Source: Eledone cirrhosa
Lineage: Eukaryota
Reading direction: 5' to 3'
Assembly: GCA_964016885.1 (NCBI GenBank)
Contig: OZ024743.1
Location: 129,890,001 to 129,954,000 of the forward strand
Length of the DNA stretch: 64,000 nucleotides
Positions 41,101-54,829 of the stretch are shown here, piece after piece (the first letter of the stretch is position 1; each line of letters starts with the position of its first letter). The position numbers and the translations under genes are program-made. Below the pieces are notes generated by a model. It worked only from the letters and a program-made list of their open reading frames with translations. It was not told the origin of the DNA and made no database searches.

Positions 41101-44100
41101 CCCAAACACCAAGCACCAATCACCAAGCACCAAGCACCAAGCAACAAACACAAAGCACCAATCACCAAGCACCGAGCACCAAGCACCAAGCACCAAGCAC
41201 CAAACACCAAGCACCAAACACCAAACACCAAGCACCAAGCACCAATCACCAAACACCAAGCACCAAGCACCAAACACCAAACAGCAAGCACCAAGCACCA
41301 AACACCAAGTACCAAGCACAAAGCACCAAACACCAAGCACCAAGCAGCAAGCACCAAACACCAAACACCAAGCACCAAGCACGAAACACGAAACACCAAG
41401 TACCAAGCACAAAGCACCAAACACCAAGCACCAAGCACCAAGCACCAAACACCAAACACCAAACACTAAACACCAAACAGCAAACACCAAACACCAAACA
41501 CCAAATACAAAACACCAAACAGCAAACAGCAAACACCAAACAGCAAACACCAAACACCAAACAGCAAACACCAAACAGCAAACACCAAACACCAAACACC
41601 AAACAGAAAATGCCAAACATCAAGCGACAAACACCAAACGCCAAGCACCAAGCACCAAGCACCAAGCACAAAGCACCAAGCACCAAACACCAAGCACCAA
41701 GCACCAATCACCAAACACCAAGCACCACGCACACACCACAAGACACCAAACACCAAGCACCAAGCACCAAACCCCAAGCACCAGACACCAAGCACCAATC
41801 AACAAACACCAAATACCAGGAACCAAGCACCAAACACCAAAAACCAAGCACCAAGCACAAAGCACCAAGCACCAAACACCAAATGCCAAACACCAAACAC
41901 CAAGCACCAAGCACCAAACACCAAGCACCAAGCGCCAAAAAGCAAACACCAAGCACCAAGCACCAAACACCAAACACCAAGCCCCGAGCACCAAACACCA
42001 AGCACCAAGCACCAATCACCAAATACCAAGCACCTAGCACCAAACACCAAACACCAAGCACCAAGCACCAAACACCAAACACCAAGCACCAAGCACCAAA
42101 CACCAAATACCAAGCACCAAGCACTAAACACCAAACACCAAGCACCAAGCACCAAGCACCAAGCACCAAGCACCAAACACCAAGCACCAAGCACCAAACA
42201 CCAAACACAAAACACCAAGTACCAAGCACCAAACACCAAGCACCAAGCACCAAGCACCAAACACCAAGCACCAAGCACCAAGCACCAAACAACAAGCACC
42301 AAGCACCAAGTAGCTAACACCAAGCACCAAGTACCAAACACCAAACGCCTAGCACCAAGCACCAAACACCAAGCACCAAGCACAAAGCACTAAAAGCCAA
42401 GCACCAAGCACCAAGCACCAAACACCAAACAGCAAGCACCAAGTACCACACATCAAACACCAAGCACTAAACACCAAACACCAGGCCCAAACACCAAGCA
42501 CCAAACACCAAGTACCAAGCACCAAGCAACAAACACAAAGCACCAATCACCAAGCACCAAATACCAAACACCAAGCACCAAGCAACACACATCAAACACC
42601 AAACACCACACACCAAAAACCAAACATCAAACACCAAACAGCAAACACCAAACACCAAATAGCAAACACCAAACAGCAAACACCAAACACCAAACAGCAA
42701 ACACCAAACACCAAACACCAAACAGCAAGCACCAAGCACCAAACACCAAACAGCAAGCACCAAGCACCAAGCACCAAGCACCAAGCACCAAACACCAAAC
42801 ACCAAGCACCAAGCACCAAACACCAAACACCAAACAGCAAGCACCAAGTACCACACATCAAACACCAAGCACAAAACATCAAGCACCAAGCACCAAGAAC
42901 CAAGCACCAAGCACCAAACACCAAGCACCAAGCAAGATGCACCAAACACCAAGCCCCAAGCTCCAAGCACCAAACAACAAGAACCAAGCACCAAGCACCA
43001 AACACCAATCACCAAGCAGCAAACACCAAGCACCAAGCACCAAGCACCAATCACCAAACACCAAAAACCAAGCACCAAGCACCAAGTACCAAACACCAAA
43101 TGCCAAACACCAAACACCATGCACCAGGCACCAAACACCAAGCACCAAGCGCCAAAGACCAAACACCAAGCACCAAGCACCAAGCACCAAACACTAAACA
43201 GCAAACACCAAACAGCAAACACCAAACACCAAACACGAACCAGCAAACATCAAGCAGCAAACACCAAACAGCAAACGTCAAACATCAAACGCCGAACACC
43301 AAACGCCAAACCGCAAACACCAAGCACCATGCACCAAACACCAATCACCAAGCATCAAACACCATACACCAAGCACCAATCACCAAGCACCAAACACCAA
43401 GCACCAAGCACCAAGCATCAAACACCAAGCACCTAGCACCAAGTACAAACACCAAGCACCAAACACCAAGCACTAGATACCAAGCACCAAGCACCAAGCA
43501 CCAAGCACCAAACACCAAACACCAAGCACCAAGCACCAAGCACCAAGCACCAAACACCAAACACCAAACACCAAACAGCAAACACAAAACACCAAATAGC
43601 AAACACCAATCACCAAACAGCAAACACCAAACACCAAACACCAAACAGCAAACACCAAACAACAAATAGCAAACAGCAAACAGCAAACACCAAACACCAA
43701 GCACCAAGCACCAAACACCAAGCACCAAACACCAAACACCAAGCATCAAGCACCAAACAGCAAACACCAAGCACCAAGCAGCAAACACCAAGCACCAAGC
43801 CCCAAGCACCAAACACCAAACACCAAGCACCAAACACCAAACACCAAGCACCAAGCACCAAACACCAAGCACCAAACACCAAGCACCAAGCGCCAAACAC
43901 CAAACACCAAGCACCAAGCACCAAACACCAAGCACCAAGCACCAATCACCAAACACCAGGCACCAAGCACCAAACACCAAACACCAAGCACCAAGCACCA
44001 GACACCAAACACCAAGTACCAAGCACCAAGCACCAAACACCAAGCACCAAGCACCAAGCACCAAGCACCAAACACCAAACAACAAACACCAAACACCAAA

Positions 44101-47100
44101 CACCAAACACCAAACACCAAACAGCAAACACCAAACACCAAACATGAAATACAAAACACCAAACAGCAAACACCAAACAGCAAACACCAAACACAAAAAC
44201 AGCAAACACCAAACAGCAAACACCAAACACCAAACACCAAACAGAAAATGCCAAACATCAAACGAGAAACACCAAACGCCAAGCACCAAGCACCAAGCAC
44301 CAAACACCAAGCACCACGCACCAAACACCAAATACCTAGCACCAAGCACCAAACACCAAGCACCAAGCACCAAGCACCAAGCACCAAATACCTAACACCA
44401 AGCATCAAGCACCACACATCAAACACCAAGCACCAAGCACCAAACACCAAACACCAAAGACCAGGCACCAAGCACCAATCACCAAGCACCAAGCACCAAG
44501 GAACAAACACCAAGCACCAAGCACCAAGCACCAAACAGCAAACACAAACAGCAAACACCAAACAGCAAACACCAAACACCAAACAGCAAACACCAAACAC
44601 CAAACAGCAAACACCAAACACCAAACAGCAAACACCAAACAGCAAACACCAAACAGCAAACAGCAAACACCAAACACCAAACACCAAACACCAAGCACCA
44701 AACACCAAGCACCAAGCAACAAGCACCAATCACCAAGCACCAAGCACCATACACCAAACACCAAGCACCAAGCACCAAACACCAAACACCAAACAGCGAG
44801 CACCAAACACCAATCACCAAGCACCAAACACCAAACACCAAACACCAAACACCAAGCACCAAACACCAAAAACCAAGCACCAAGCACAAAGCACCAAGCA
44901 CCAAACACCAAACGCCAAACACCAAACACCAAGCACCAAGCACCAAACACCAAGCACCAAGCGCCAAAGACCAAACACCAAGCACCAAGCACTAAACACC
45001 AAACACCAAGCACCAAGCACCAAGCACCAAGCACCAAACACCAAGCACCAAGCACCAAACACCAAACACAAAACACCAAGTAACAATCACCAAACACCAA
45101 ACACCAAACACCAAGCACCAAGCACCAAGCACCAAACACCAAACACCAAACACCAAGCACCAAGCACCAAATACCAAGTACCAAGCACCAAGCACCAAAC
45201 ATCAAGCATCAAGAACCAAGCACCAAACACAAAGCACCAAGCACCAAGCACCAAACACCTAGCACCAAGCACCAAACACCAAGCACCAAGCACCAAGCAC
45301 CAAACACCAAGAACCAAGCACCAAGCACCAAGCACCAAATACCAAACACCAAGCACCAAGCACCACACATCAAACACCAAACACCACACACCAAACACCA
45401 AACAGCAAACACCAAATAGCAAACACCAAACAGCAAACACCAAACACCAAACAGCAAACAGCAAACACCAAACACCAAACGCCTAGCACCAAGCACCAAA
45501 CACCAAACAGCAAGCACCAAGCACCAAGCACCAAGCACCAAGCACCAAGCACCAAACACCAAACACCAAGCACCAAGCACCAAGCACAAAACATCAAGCA
45601 CCAAGCACCAAGAACCAAGCACCAAGCACCAAACACCAAACACCAAGCACCAAACACCAAACACCAGACACCAAGCACCAAACACCTAACGCCAAGCACC
45701 AAGAACCAAACACCAAGCACCAAGCACCAAGCACCAAGCACCAAACACCAAGCACCAAGCAAGAAGCACCAAACATCAAGCCCCAAGCACCAAGCACCAA
45801 ACAACAAGAACCAAGCACCAACAACCAAACACCAATCACCAAGCACCAAACACCAATCACCAAGCACCAAGCACCAATCACCAAACACCAAAAACCAAGC
45901 ACCAAGCACCAAGTACCAAACACCAAATGCCAAACACCAAACACCAAGCACGTAGCACCAAGCACCAAGCACCAAAAAACAAACACCAAACACCAATCAC
46001 CAAACAGCAAACACCAAACACCAAACACCAAACAGCAAACAGCAAACACCAAACACCAAATAGCAAACACCAAACAGCAAACAGCAAACACCAAACACCA
46101 AGCACCAAGCACCAAACACCAAGCACCAAACACCAACCACCAAGCATCAAGCACCAAACAGCAAACACCAAGCACCAAGCACCAAACACCAAGCACCAAG
46201 CCCCAAGCACCAAACACCAAAAACCAAGCACCAAACACCAAGCACCAAGCACCAAACACCAAGCACCAAACACCAAGCACCAAGCGCCAAACACCAAACA
46301 CCAAGCACCAAGCACCAAACACCAAGCACCAAGCAAGAATCACCAAACACCAAGCACCAAGCACCAAACACCAAACACCAAGCACCAAGCACCAAAGACC
46401 AAACACCAAACACCAAACAGCAAACACCAAACACCAAACATGAAATACAAAACACCAAACAGCAAACACCAAACAGCAAACACCAAACACAAAAACAGCA
46501 AACACCAAACAGCAAACACCAAACACCAAACACCAAACAGAAAATGCCAAACATCAAACGACAAACACCAAACGCCAAGCACCAAGCACCAAGCACCAAA
46601 CACCAAGCACCAAGCACCAAACACCAAGCACCAAGCACCAAGCACCAAGCACCAAATACCAAACACCAAGCATCAAGCACCACACATCAAACACCAAGCA
46701 CCAAGCACCAAACACCAAACACCAAAGACCAGGCACCAAGCACCAATCACCAAGCACCAAGCACCAAGGAACAAACACCAAGCACCAAGCACCAAGCACC
46801 AAACAGCAAACACAAACAGCAAACACCAAACAGCAAACACCAAACACCAAACAGCAGACACCAAACACCAAACAGCAAACACCAAACACCAAACAGCAAA
46901 CACCAAACAGCAAACACCAAACAGCAAACAGGAAATACCAAACACCAAGCACCAAACACCAAGCACCAAGCAACAAGCACCAATCACCAGCACCAAGCAC
47001 CAAACACCAAACACCAAGCACCAAGCACTAAACACCAAACACCAAACAGCGAGCACCAAACACCAATCACCAAGCACCAAACACCAAACACCAAACACCA

Positions 47101-49600
47101 AACACCAAGCACCAAACACCAAAAACCAAGCACCAAGCACAAAGCACCAAGCACCAAACACCAAACGCCAAACACCAAACACCAAGCACCAAGCACCAAA
47201 CACCAAGCACCAAGCGCCAAAGACCAAACACCAAGCACCAAGCACTAAACACCAAACACCAAGCACCAAGCACCAAGCACCAAGCACCAAACACCAAGCA
47301 CCAAGCACCAAACACCAAACACAAAACACCAAGTAACAAGCACCAAACACCAAACACCAAACACCAAGCACCAAGCACCAAGTACCAAACACCAAACACC
47401 AAACACCAAGCACCAAGCACCAAACACCAAGTACCAAGCACCAAGCACCAAACATCAAGCATCAAGAACCAAGCACCAAACACAAAGCACCAAGCACCAA
47501 GCACCAAACACCTAGCACCAAGCACCAAACACCAAGCACCAAGCACCAAGCACCAAATACCAAACACCAAGCACCAAGCACCACACATCAAACACCAAAC
47601 ACCACACACCAAACACCAAACAGCAAACACCAAATAGCAAACACCAAACAGCAAACACCAAACACCAAACAGCAAACAGCAAACACTAAACACCACACAC
47701 CTAGCACCAAGCACCAAACACCAAACAGCAAGCACCAAGCACCAAGCACCAAGCACCAAGCACCAAGCACCAAACACCAAGCACCAAGCACCAAGCACAA
47801 AACATCAAGCACCAAGGACCAAGAACCAAGCACCAAGCACCAAACACCAAACACCAAGCACCAAACACCAAACACCAGACACCAAGCACCAAACACCAAA
47901 CACCAAGCACCAAGTACCAAACACCAAGCACCAAGCACCAAGCACCAAGCACCAAACACCAAGCACCAAGCAAGAAGCACCAAACATCAAGCCCCAAGCA
48001 CCAAGCACCAAACAACAAGAACCAAGCACCAACAACCAAACACCAATCACCAAGCACCAAACACCAATCACCAAGCACCAAGCACCAATCACCAAACACC
48101 AAAAACCAAGCACCAAGCACCAAGTACCAAACACCAAATGCCAAACACCAAACACCAAGCACGTAGCACCAAGCACCCAACACCAAACACCAAACACCAA
48201 TCACCAAACAGCAAACACCAAACACCAAACACCAAACAGCAAACAGCAAACACCAAACACCAAATAGCAAACACCAAACACCAAACACCAAACAGAAAAT
48301 GCCAAACATCAAACGACAAACACCAAACGCCAAGCACCAAGCACCAAGCACCAAACATCAAGCACCACGCACCAAACACCAAATACCTAGCACCAAGCAC
48401 CAAACACCAAGCACCAAGCACCAAACACCAAGCACCAAGCACCAAGCACCAAGCACCAAATACCTAACACCAAGCATCAAGCACCACACATCAAACACCA
48501 AGCACCAAGCGCCAAACACCAAACACCAAAGACCAGGCACCAAGCACCAATCACCAAGCACCAAGCACCAAGGAACAAACACCAAGCACCAAGCAACAAG
48601 CACCAAACAGCAAACACAAACAGCAAACACCACACAGCAAACACTAAACACCAAACAGCAAACACCAAACACCAAACAGCAAACACCAAACACCAAACAG
48701 CAAACACCAAACAGCAAACACCAAACAGCAAACAGCAAACACCAAACACCAAACACCAAACACCAAGCACCAAACACCAAGCACCAAGCAACAAGCACCA
48801 ATCACCAAGCACCAAGCACCAAACACCAAACACCAAGCACCAAGCACCAAACACCAAACACCAAACAGCGAGCACCAAACACCAATCACCAAGCACCAAA
48901 CACCAAACACCAAACACCAAACACCAAGCACCAAACACCAAAAACCAAGCACCAAGCACAAAGCACCAAGCACCAAACACCAAACGCCAAACACCAAACA
49001 CCAAGCACCAAGCACCAAACACCAAGCACCAAGCGCCAAAGACCAAACACCAAGCACCAAGCACTAAACACCAAACACCAAGCATCAAGCACCAAGCACC
49101 AAGCACCAAACACCAAGCACCAAGCACCAAACACCAAACACAAAACACCAAGTAACAAGCACCAAACACCAAACACCAAACACCAAGCACCAAGCACCAA
49201 GCACCAAACACAAAACACCAAACACCAAGCACCAAGCACCAAACACCAAGTACCAAGCACCAAGCACCAAACATCAAGCATCAAGAACCAAGCACCAAAC
49301 ACAAAGCACCAAGCACCAAGCACCAAACACCTAGCACCAAGCACCAAACACCAAGCACCAAGCACCAAGCACCAAACACCAAGAACCAAGCACCAAGCAC
49401 CAAGCACCAAATACCAAACACCAAGCACCAAGCACCACACATCAAACACCAAACACCACACACCAAACACCAAACAGCAAACACCAAATAGCAAACACCA
49501 AACAGCAAACACCAAACACCAAACAGCAAACAACAAACACCAAACACCAAACACCTAGCACCAAGCACCAAACACCAAACAGCAAGCACCAAGCACCAAG
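38195..49600. repeat. Higher-order repeat B, copy 2
   Basis: Colinear with 26.6-37.8 kb. Its start also matches about 23.1 kb (23218/38301, offset 15083 = 3316 + 11767). It has scattered private substitutions such as ATGTC at 38953, 40625T and CGAGAAA near 44263. Confidence 0.93.
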
Positions 49601-52600
49601 CACCAAGCACCAAGCACCAAGCACCAAACACCAAACACCAAGCACCAAGCACCAAGCACAAAACATCAAGCACCAAGCACCAAGAACCAAGCACCAAGCA
49701 CCAAACACCAAACACCAAGCACCAAACACCAAACACCAGACACCAAGCACCTAACACCAAACGCCAAGCACCAAGAACCAAACACCAAGCACCAAGCACC
49801 AAGCACCAAGCACCAAACACCAAGCACCAAGCAAGAAGCACCAAACATCACGCCCCAAGCACCAAGCACCAAACAACAAGAACCAAGCACCAACAACCAA
49901 ACACCAATCACCAAGCACCAAACACCAATCACCAAGCACCAAGCACCAATCACCAAACACCAGAAACCAAGCACCAAGCACCAAGTACCAAACACCAAAT
50001 GCCAAACACCAAACACCAAGCACGTAGCACCAAGCACCAAGCACCAAACACCAAACACCAAACACCAATCACCAAACAGCAAACACCAAACACCAAACAC
50101 CAAACAGCAAACAGCAAACACCAAACACCAAGCACCAAGCGCCAAACACCAAAAACCAAGCACCAAACACCAAGCACCAAGCACCAAACACCAAGCACCA
50201 AACACCAAGCACCAAGCGCCAAACACCAAACACCAAGCACCAAGCACCAAACACCAAGCACCAAGCAAGAATCACCAAACACCAAGCACCAAGCACCAAA
50301 CACCAAACACCAAGCACCAAGCACCAAAGACCAAACACCAAACACCAAACAGCAAACACCAAACACCAAACATGAAATACAAAACACCAAACAGCAAACA
50401 CCAAACAGCAAACACCAAACACCAAACATGAAATACAAAACACCAAACAGCAAACACCAAACAGCAAACACCAAACACAAAAACAGCAAACACCAAACAG
50501 CAAACACCAAACACCAAACACCAAACAGAAAATGCCAAACATCAAACGACAAACACCAAACGCCAAGCACCAAGCACCAAGCACCAAACACCAAGCACCA
50601 AGCACCAAACACCAAGCACCAAGCACCAAGCACCAAGCACCAAATACCAAACACCAAGCATCAAGCACCACACATCAAACACCAAGCACCAAGCACCAAA
50701 CACCAAACACCAAAGACCAGGCACCAAGCACCAATCACCAAGCACCAAGCACCAAGGAACAAACACCAAGCACCAAGCAACAAGCACCAAACAGCAAACA
50801 CAAACAGCAAACACCAAACACCAAACAGCAAACACCAAACACCAAACAGCAAACACCAAACACCAAGCACCAAACACCAAGCACCAAGCAACAAGCACCA
50901 ATCACCAAGCACCAAGCACCAAACACCAAACACCAAGCACCAAGCACCAAACACCAAACACCAAACAGCGAGCACCAAACACCAATCACCAAGCACCAAA
51001 CACCAAACACCAAACACCAAACACCAAGCACCAAACACCAAAAACCAAGCACCAAGCACAAAGCACCAAGCACCAAACACCAAACGCCAAACACCAAACA
51101 CCAAGCACCAAGCGCCAAAGACCAAACACCAAGCACCAAGCACTAAACACCAAACACCAAGCACCAAGCACCAAGCACAAAGCACCAAACACCAAGCACC
51201 AAGCACCAAACACCAAACACAAAACACCAAGTAACAAGCACCAAACACCAAACACCAAACACCAAGCACCAAGCACCAAGCACCAAACACCAAACACCAT
51301 ACACCAAGCACCAAGCACCAAACACCAAGTACCAAGCAACAAGCACCAAACATCAAGCATCAAGAACCAAGCACCAAACACAAAGCACCAAGCACCAAGC
51401 ACCAAACACCTAGCACCAAGCACCAAACACCAAGCACCAAGCACCAAGCACCAAACACCAAGAACCAAGCACCAAGCACCAAGCACCAAATACCAAACAC
51501 CAAGCACCAAGCACCACACATCAAACACCAAACACCACACACCAAACACCAAACACCAAAGACCAGGCACCAAGCACCAATCACCAAGCACCAAGCACCA
51601 AGGAACAAACACCAAGCACCAAGCACCAAGCACCAAACAGCAAACACAAACAGCAAACACCAAACAGCAAACACCAAACACCAAACAGCAAACACCAAAC
51701 ACCAAACAGCAAACACCAAACAGCAAACACCAAACAGAAAACAGCAAACACCAAACACCAAACACCAAACACCAAGCACCAAACACCAAGCACCAAGCAA
51801 CAAGCACCAATCACCAAGCACCAAGCACCAAACACCAAACACCAAGCACCAAGCACCAAACACCAAACACCAAACAGCGAGCACCAAACACCAATCACCA
51901 AGCACCAAACACCAAACACCAAACACCAAAAACCAAGCACCAAGCACAAAGCACCAAGCACCAAACACCAAACGCCAAACACCAAACACCAAGCACCAAG
52001 CACCAAACACCAAGCACCAAGCGCCAAAGACCAAACACCAAGCACCAAGCACTAAACACCAAACACCAAGCACCAAGCACCAAGCACCAAGCACCAAACA
52101 CCAAGCACCAAGCACCAAACACCAAACACAAAACACCAAGTAACAAGCACCAAACACCAAACACCAAACACCAAGCACCAAGCACCAAGCACCAAACACC
52201 AAACACCAAACACCAAGCACCAAGCACCAAACACCAAGTACCAAGCACCAAGCACCAAACATCAAGCATCAAGAACCAAGCACCAAATACAAAGCACCAA
52301 GCACCAAGCACCAAACACCTAGCACCAAGCACCAAACACCAAGCACCAAGCACCAAGCACCAAACACCAAGAACCAAGCACCAAGCACCAAGCACCAAAT
52401 ACCAAACACCAAGCACCAAGCACCACACATCAAACACCAAACACCACACACCAAACACCAAACAGCAAACACCAAATAGCAAACACCAAACAGCAAACAC
52501 CAAACACCAAACAGCAAACACCAAACACCAAACACCTAGCACCAAGCACCAAACACCAAACAGCAAGCACCAAGCACCAAGCACCAAGCACCAAGCACCA

Positions 52601-54829
52601 AGCACCAAACACCAAACACCAAGCACCAAGCACCAAGCACACAACATCAAGCACCAAGCACCAAGAACCAAGCACCAAGCACCAAACACCAAACACCAAG
52701 CACCCAACACCAAACACCAGACACCAAGCACCAAACACCAAACACCAAGCACCAAGAACCAAACACCAAGCACCAAGCACCAAGCACCAAGCACCAAACA
52801 CCAAGCACCAAGCAAGAAGCACCAAACATCAAGCCCCAAGCACCAAGCACCAAACAACAAGAACCAAGCACCAACAACCAAACACCAATCACCAAGCACC
52901 AAACACCAATCACCAAGCACCAAGCACCAATCACCAAACACCAAAAACCAAGCACCAAGCACCAAGTACCAAACACCAAATGCCAAACACCAAACACCAA
53001 GAACGTAGCACCAAGCACCAAGCACCAAGAACCAAACACCAAACACCAATCACCAAACAGCAAACACCAAACACCAAACACCAAACAGCAAACAGCAAAC
53101 AGCAAACACCAAATAGCAAACACCAAACAGCAAACAGCAAACACCAAACACCAAGCACCAAGCACCAAACACCAAGCACCAAACACCAAACACCAAGCAT
53201 CAAGCACCAAACAGCAAACACCAAGCACCAAGCACCAAACACCAAGCACCAAGCCCCAAGCACCAAAAACCAAAAACCAAGCACCAAACACCAAGCACCA
53301 AGCACCAAACACCAAGCACCAAACACCAAGAACCAAGCGCCAAACACCAAACACCAAGCACAAATTACCAAACACCAAGCACCAAGCAAGAATCACCAAA
53401 CACCAAGCACCAAGCACCAAACACCAAACACCAAGCACCAAGCACCAAAGACCAAACACCAAGTACCAAGCACCAAGCACCAAACACCAAGCACCAAGCA
53501 CCAAGCACCAAGCACCAAACACCAAACACCAAACACCAAACAGCAAACACCAAACACCAAACACCAAACACCAAACAGCAAACACCAAACACCAAACATC
53601 AAATACAAAACACCAAACAGCAAACACCAAACAGCAAACAGCAAACACCAAACAGCAAACACCGAACACCAAACAGCAAACACCAAAGAGCAAACACCAA
53701 ACAGCAAACAGCAAACACCAAACACCAAACACCAAACACCAAGCACCAAACAACAAGCACCAAGCAACAAGCACCAATCACCAAGCACCAAGCACCAAAC
53801 ACCAAACACCAAGCACCAAGCACCAAACACCAAACACCAAACACCAAACACCAAACACCAAGCACCAAACACCAAAAACCAAGCACCAAGCACAAAGCAC
53901 CAAGCACCAAACACCAAACGCCAAACACCAAACACCAAGCACCAAGCACCAAACACCAAGCACCAAGCGCCAAAGACCAAACACCAAGCACCAAGCACCA
54001 AACACCAAACACCAAGCACCAAGCACCAAATACCAAGCACCAAGCACTAAACACCAAACACCAAGCACCAAGCACCAAGCACCAAGCACCAAACACCAAG
54101 CACCAAGCACCAAACACCAAACACAAAACACCAAGCACCAAGCACCAAACACCAAGTACCAAGCACCAAGCACCAAACATCAAGCATCAAGAACCAAGAA
54201 CCAAACACAAAGCACCAAGCACCAAGCACCAAACAACTAGCACCAAGCACCAAACACCAAGCACCAAGCACCAAGCACCAAACACCAAGAACCAAGCACC
54301 AAGCACCAAGCACCAAATACCAAACACCAAGCACCAAGCACCACACATCAAACACCAAACACCACACACCAAACACCAAACAGCAAACACCAAATAGCAA
54401 ACACCAAACAGCAAACACCAAACACCAAACAGCAAACACCAAACACCAAACACCAAACACCAAGCACCAAGCACCAAACACCAAACAGCAAGCACCAAGC
54501 ACCAAGCACCAAGCACCAAGCACCAAACACCAAACACCAAGCACCAAGTACCAAGCACAAAACATCAAGCACCAAGCACCAAGAACCAAGCACCAAGCAC
54601 CAAACACCAAACACCAAGCACCAAACACCAAACACCAGGCACCAAGCACCAAACACCAAACACCAAGCACCAAGAACCAAACACCAAGCACCAAGCACCA
54701 AGCACCAAGCACCAAACACCAAGCACCAAGCAAGAAGCACCAAGCACCAAGCACCAAGCACCAAACACCAAGCACCAAGCACCAAGCACCAAGCACCAAG
54801 CACCAAACACCAATCACCAAGCACCAAAC

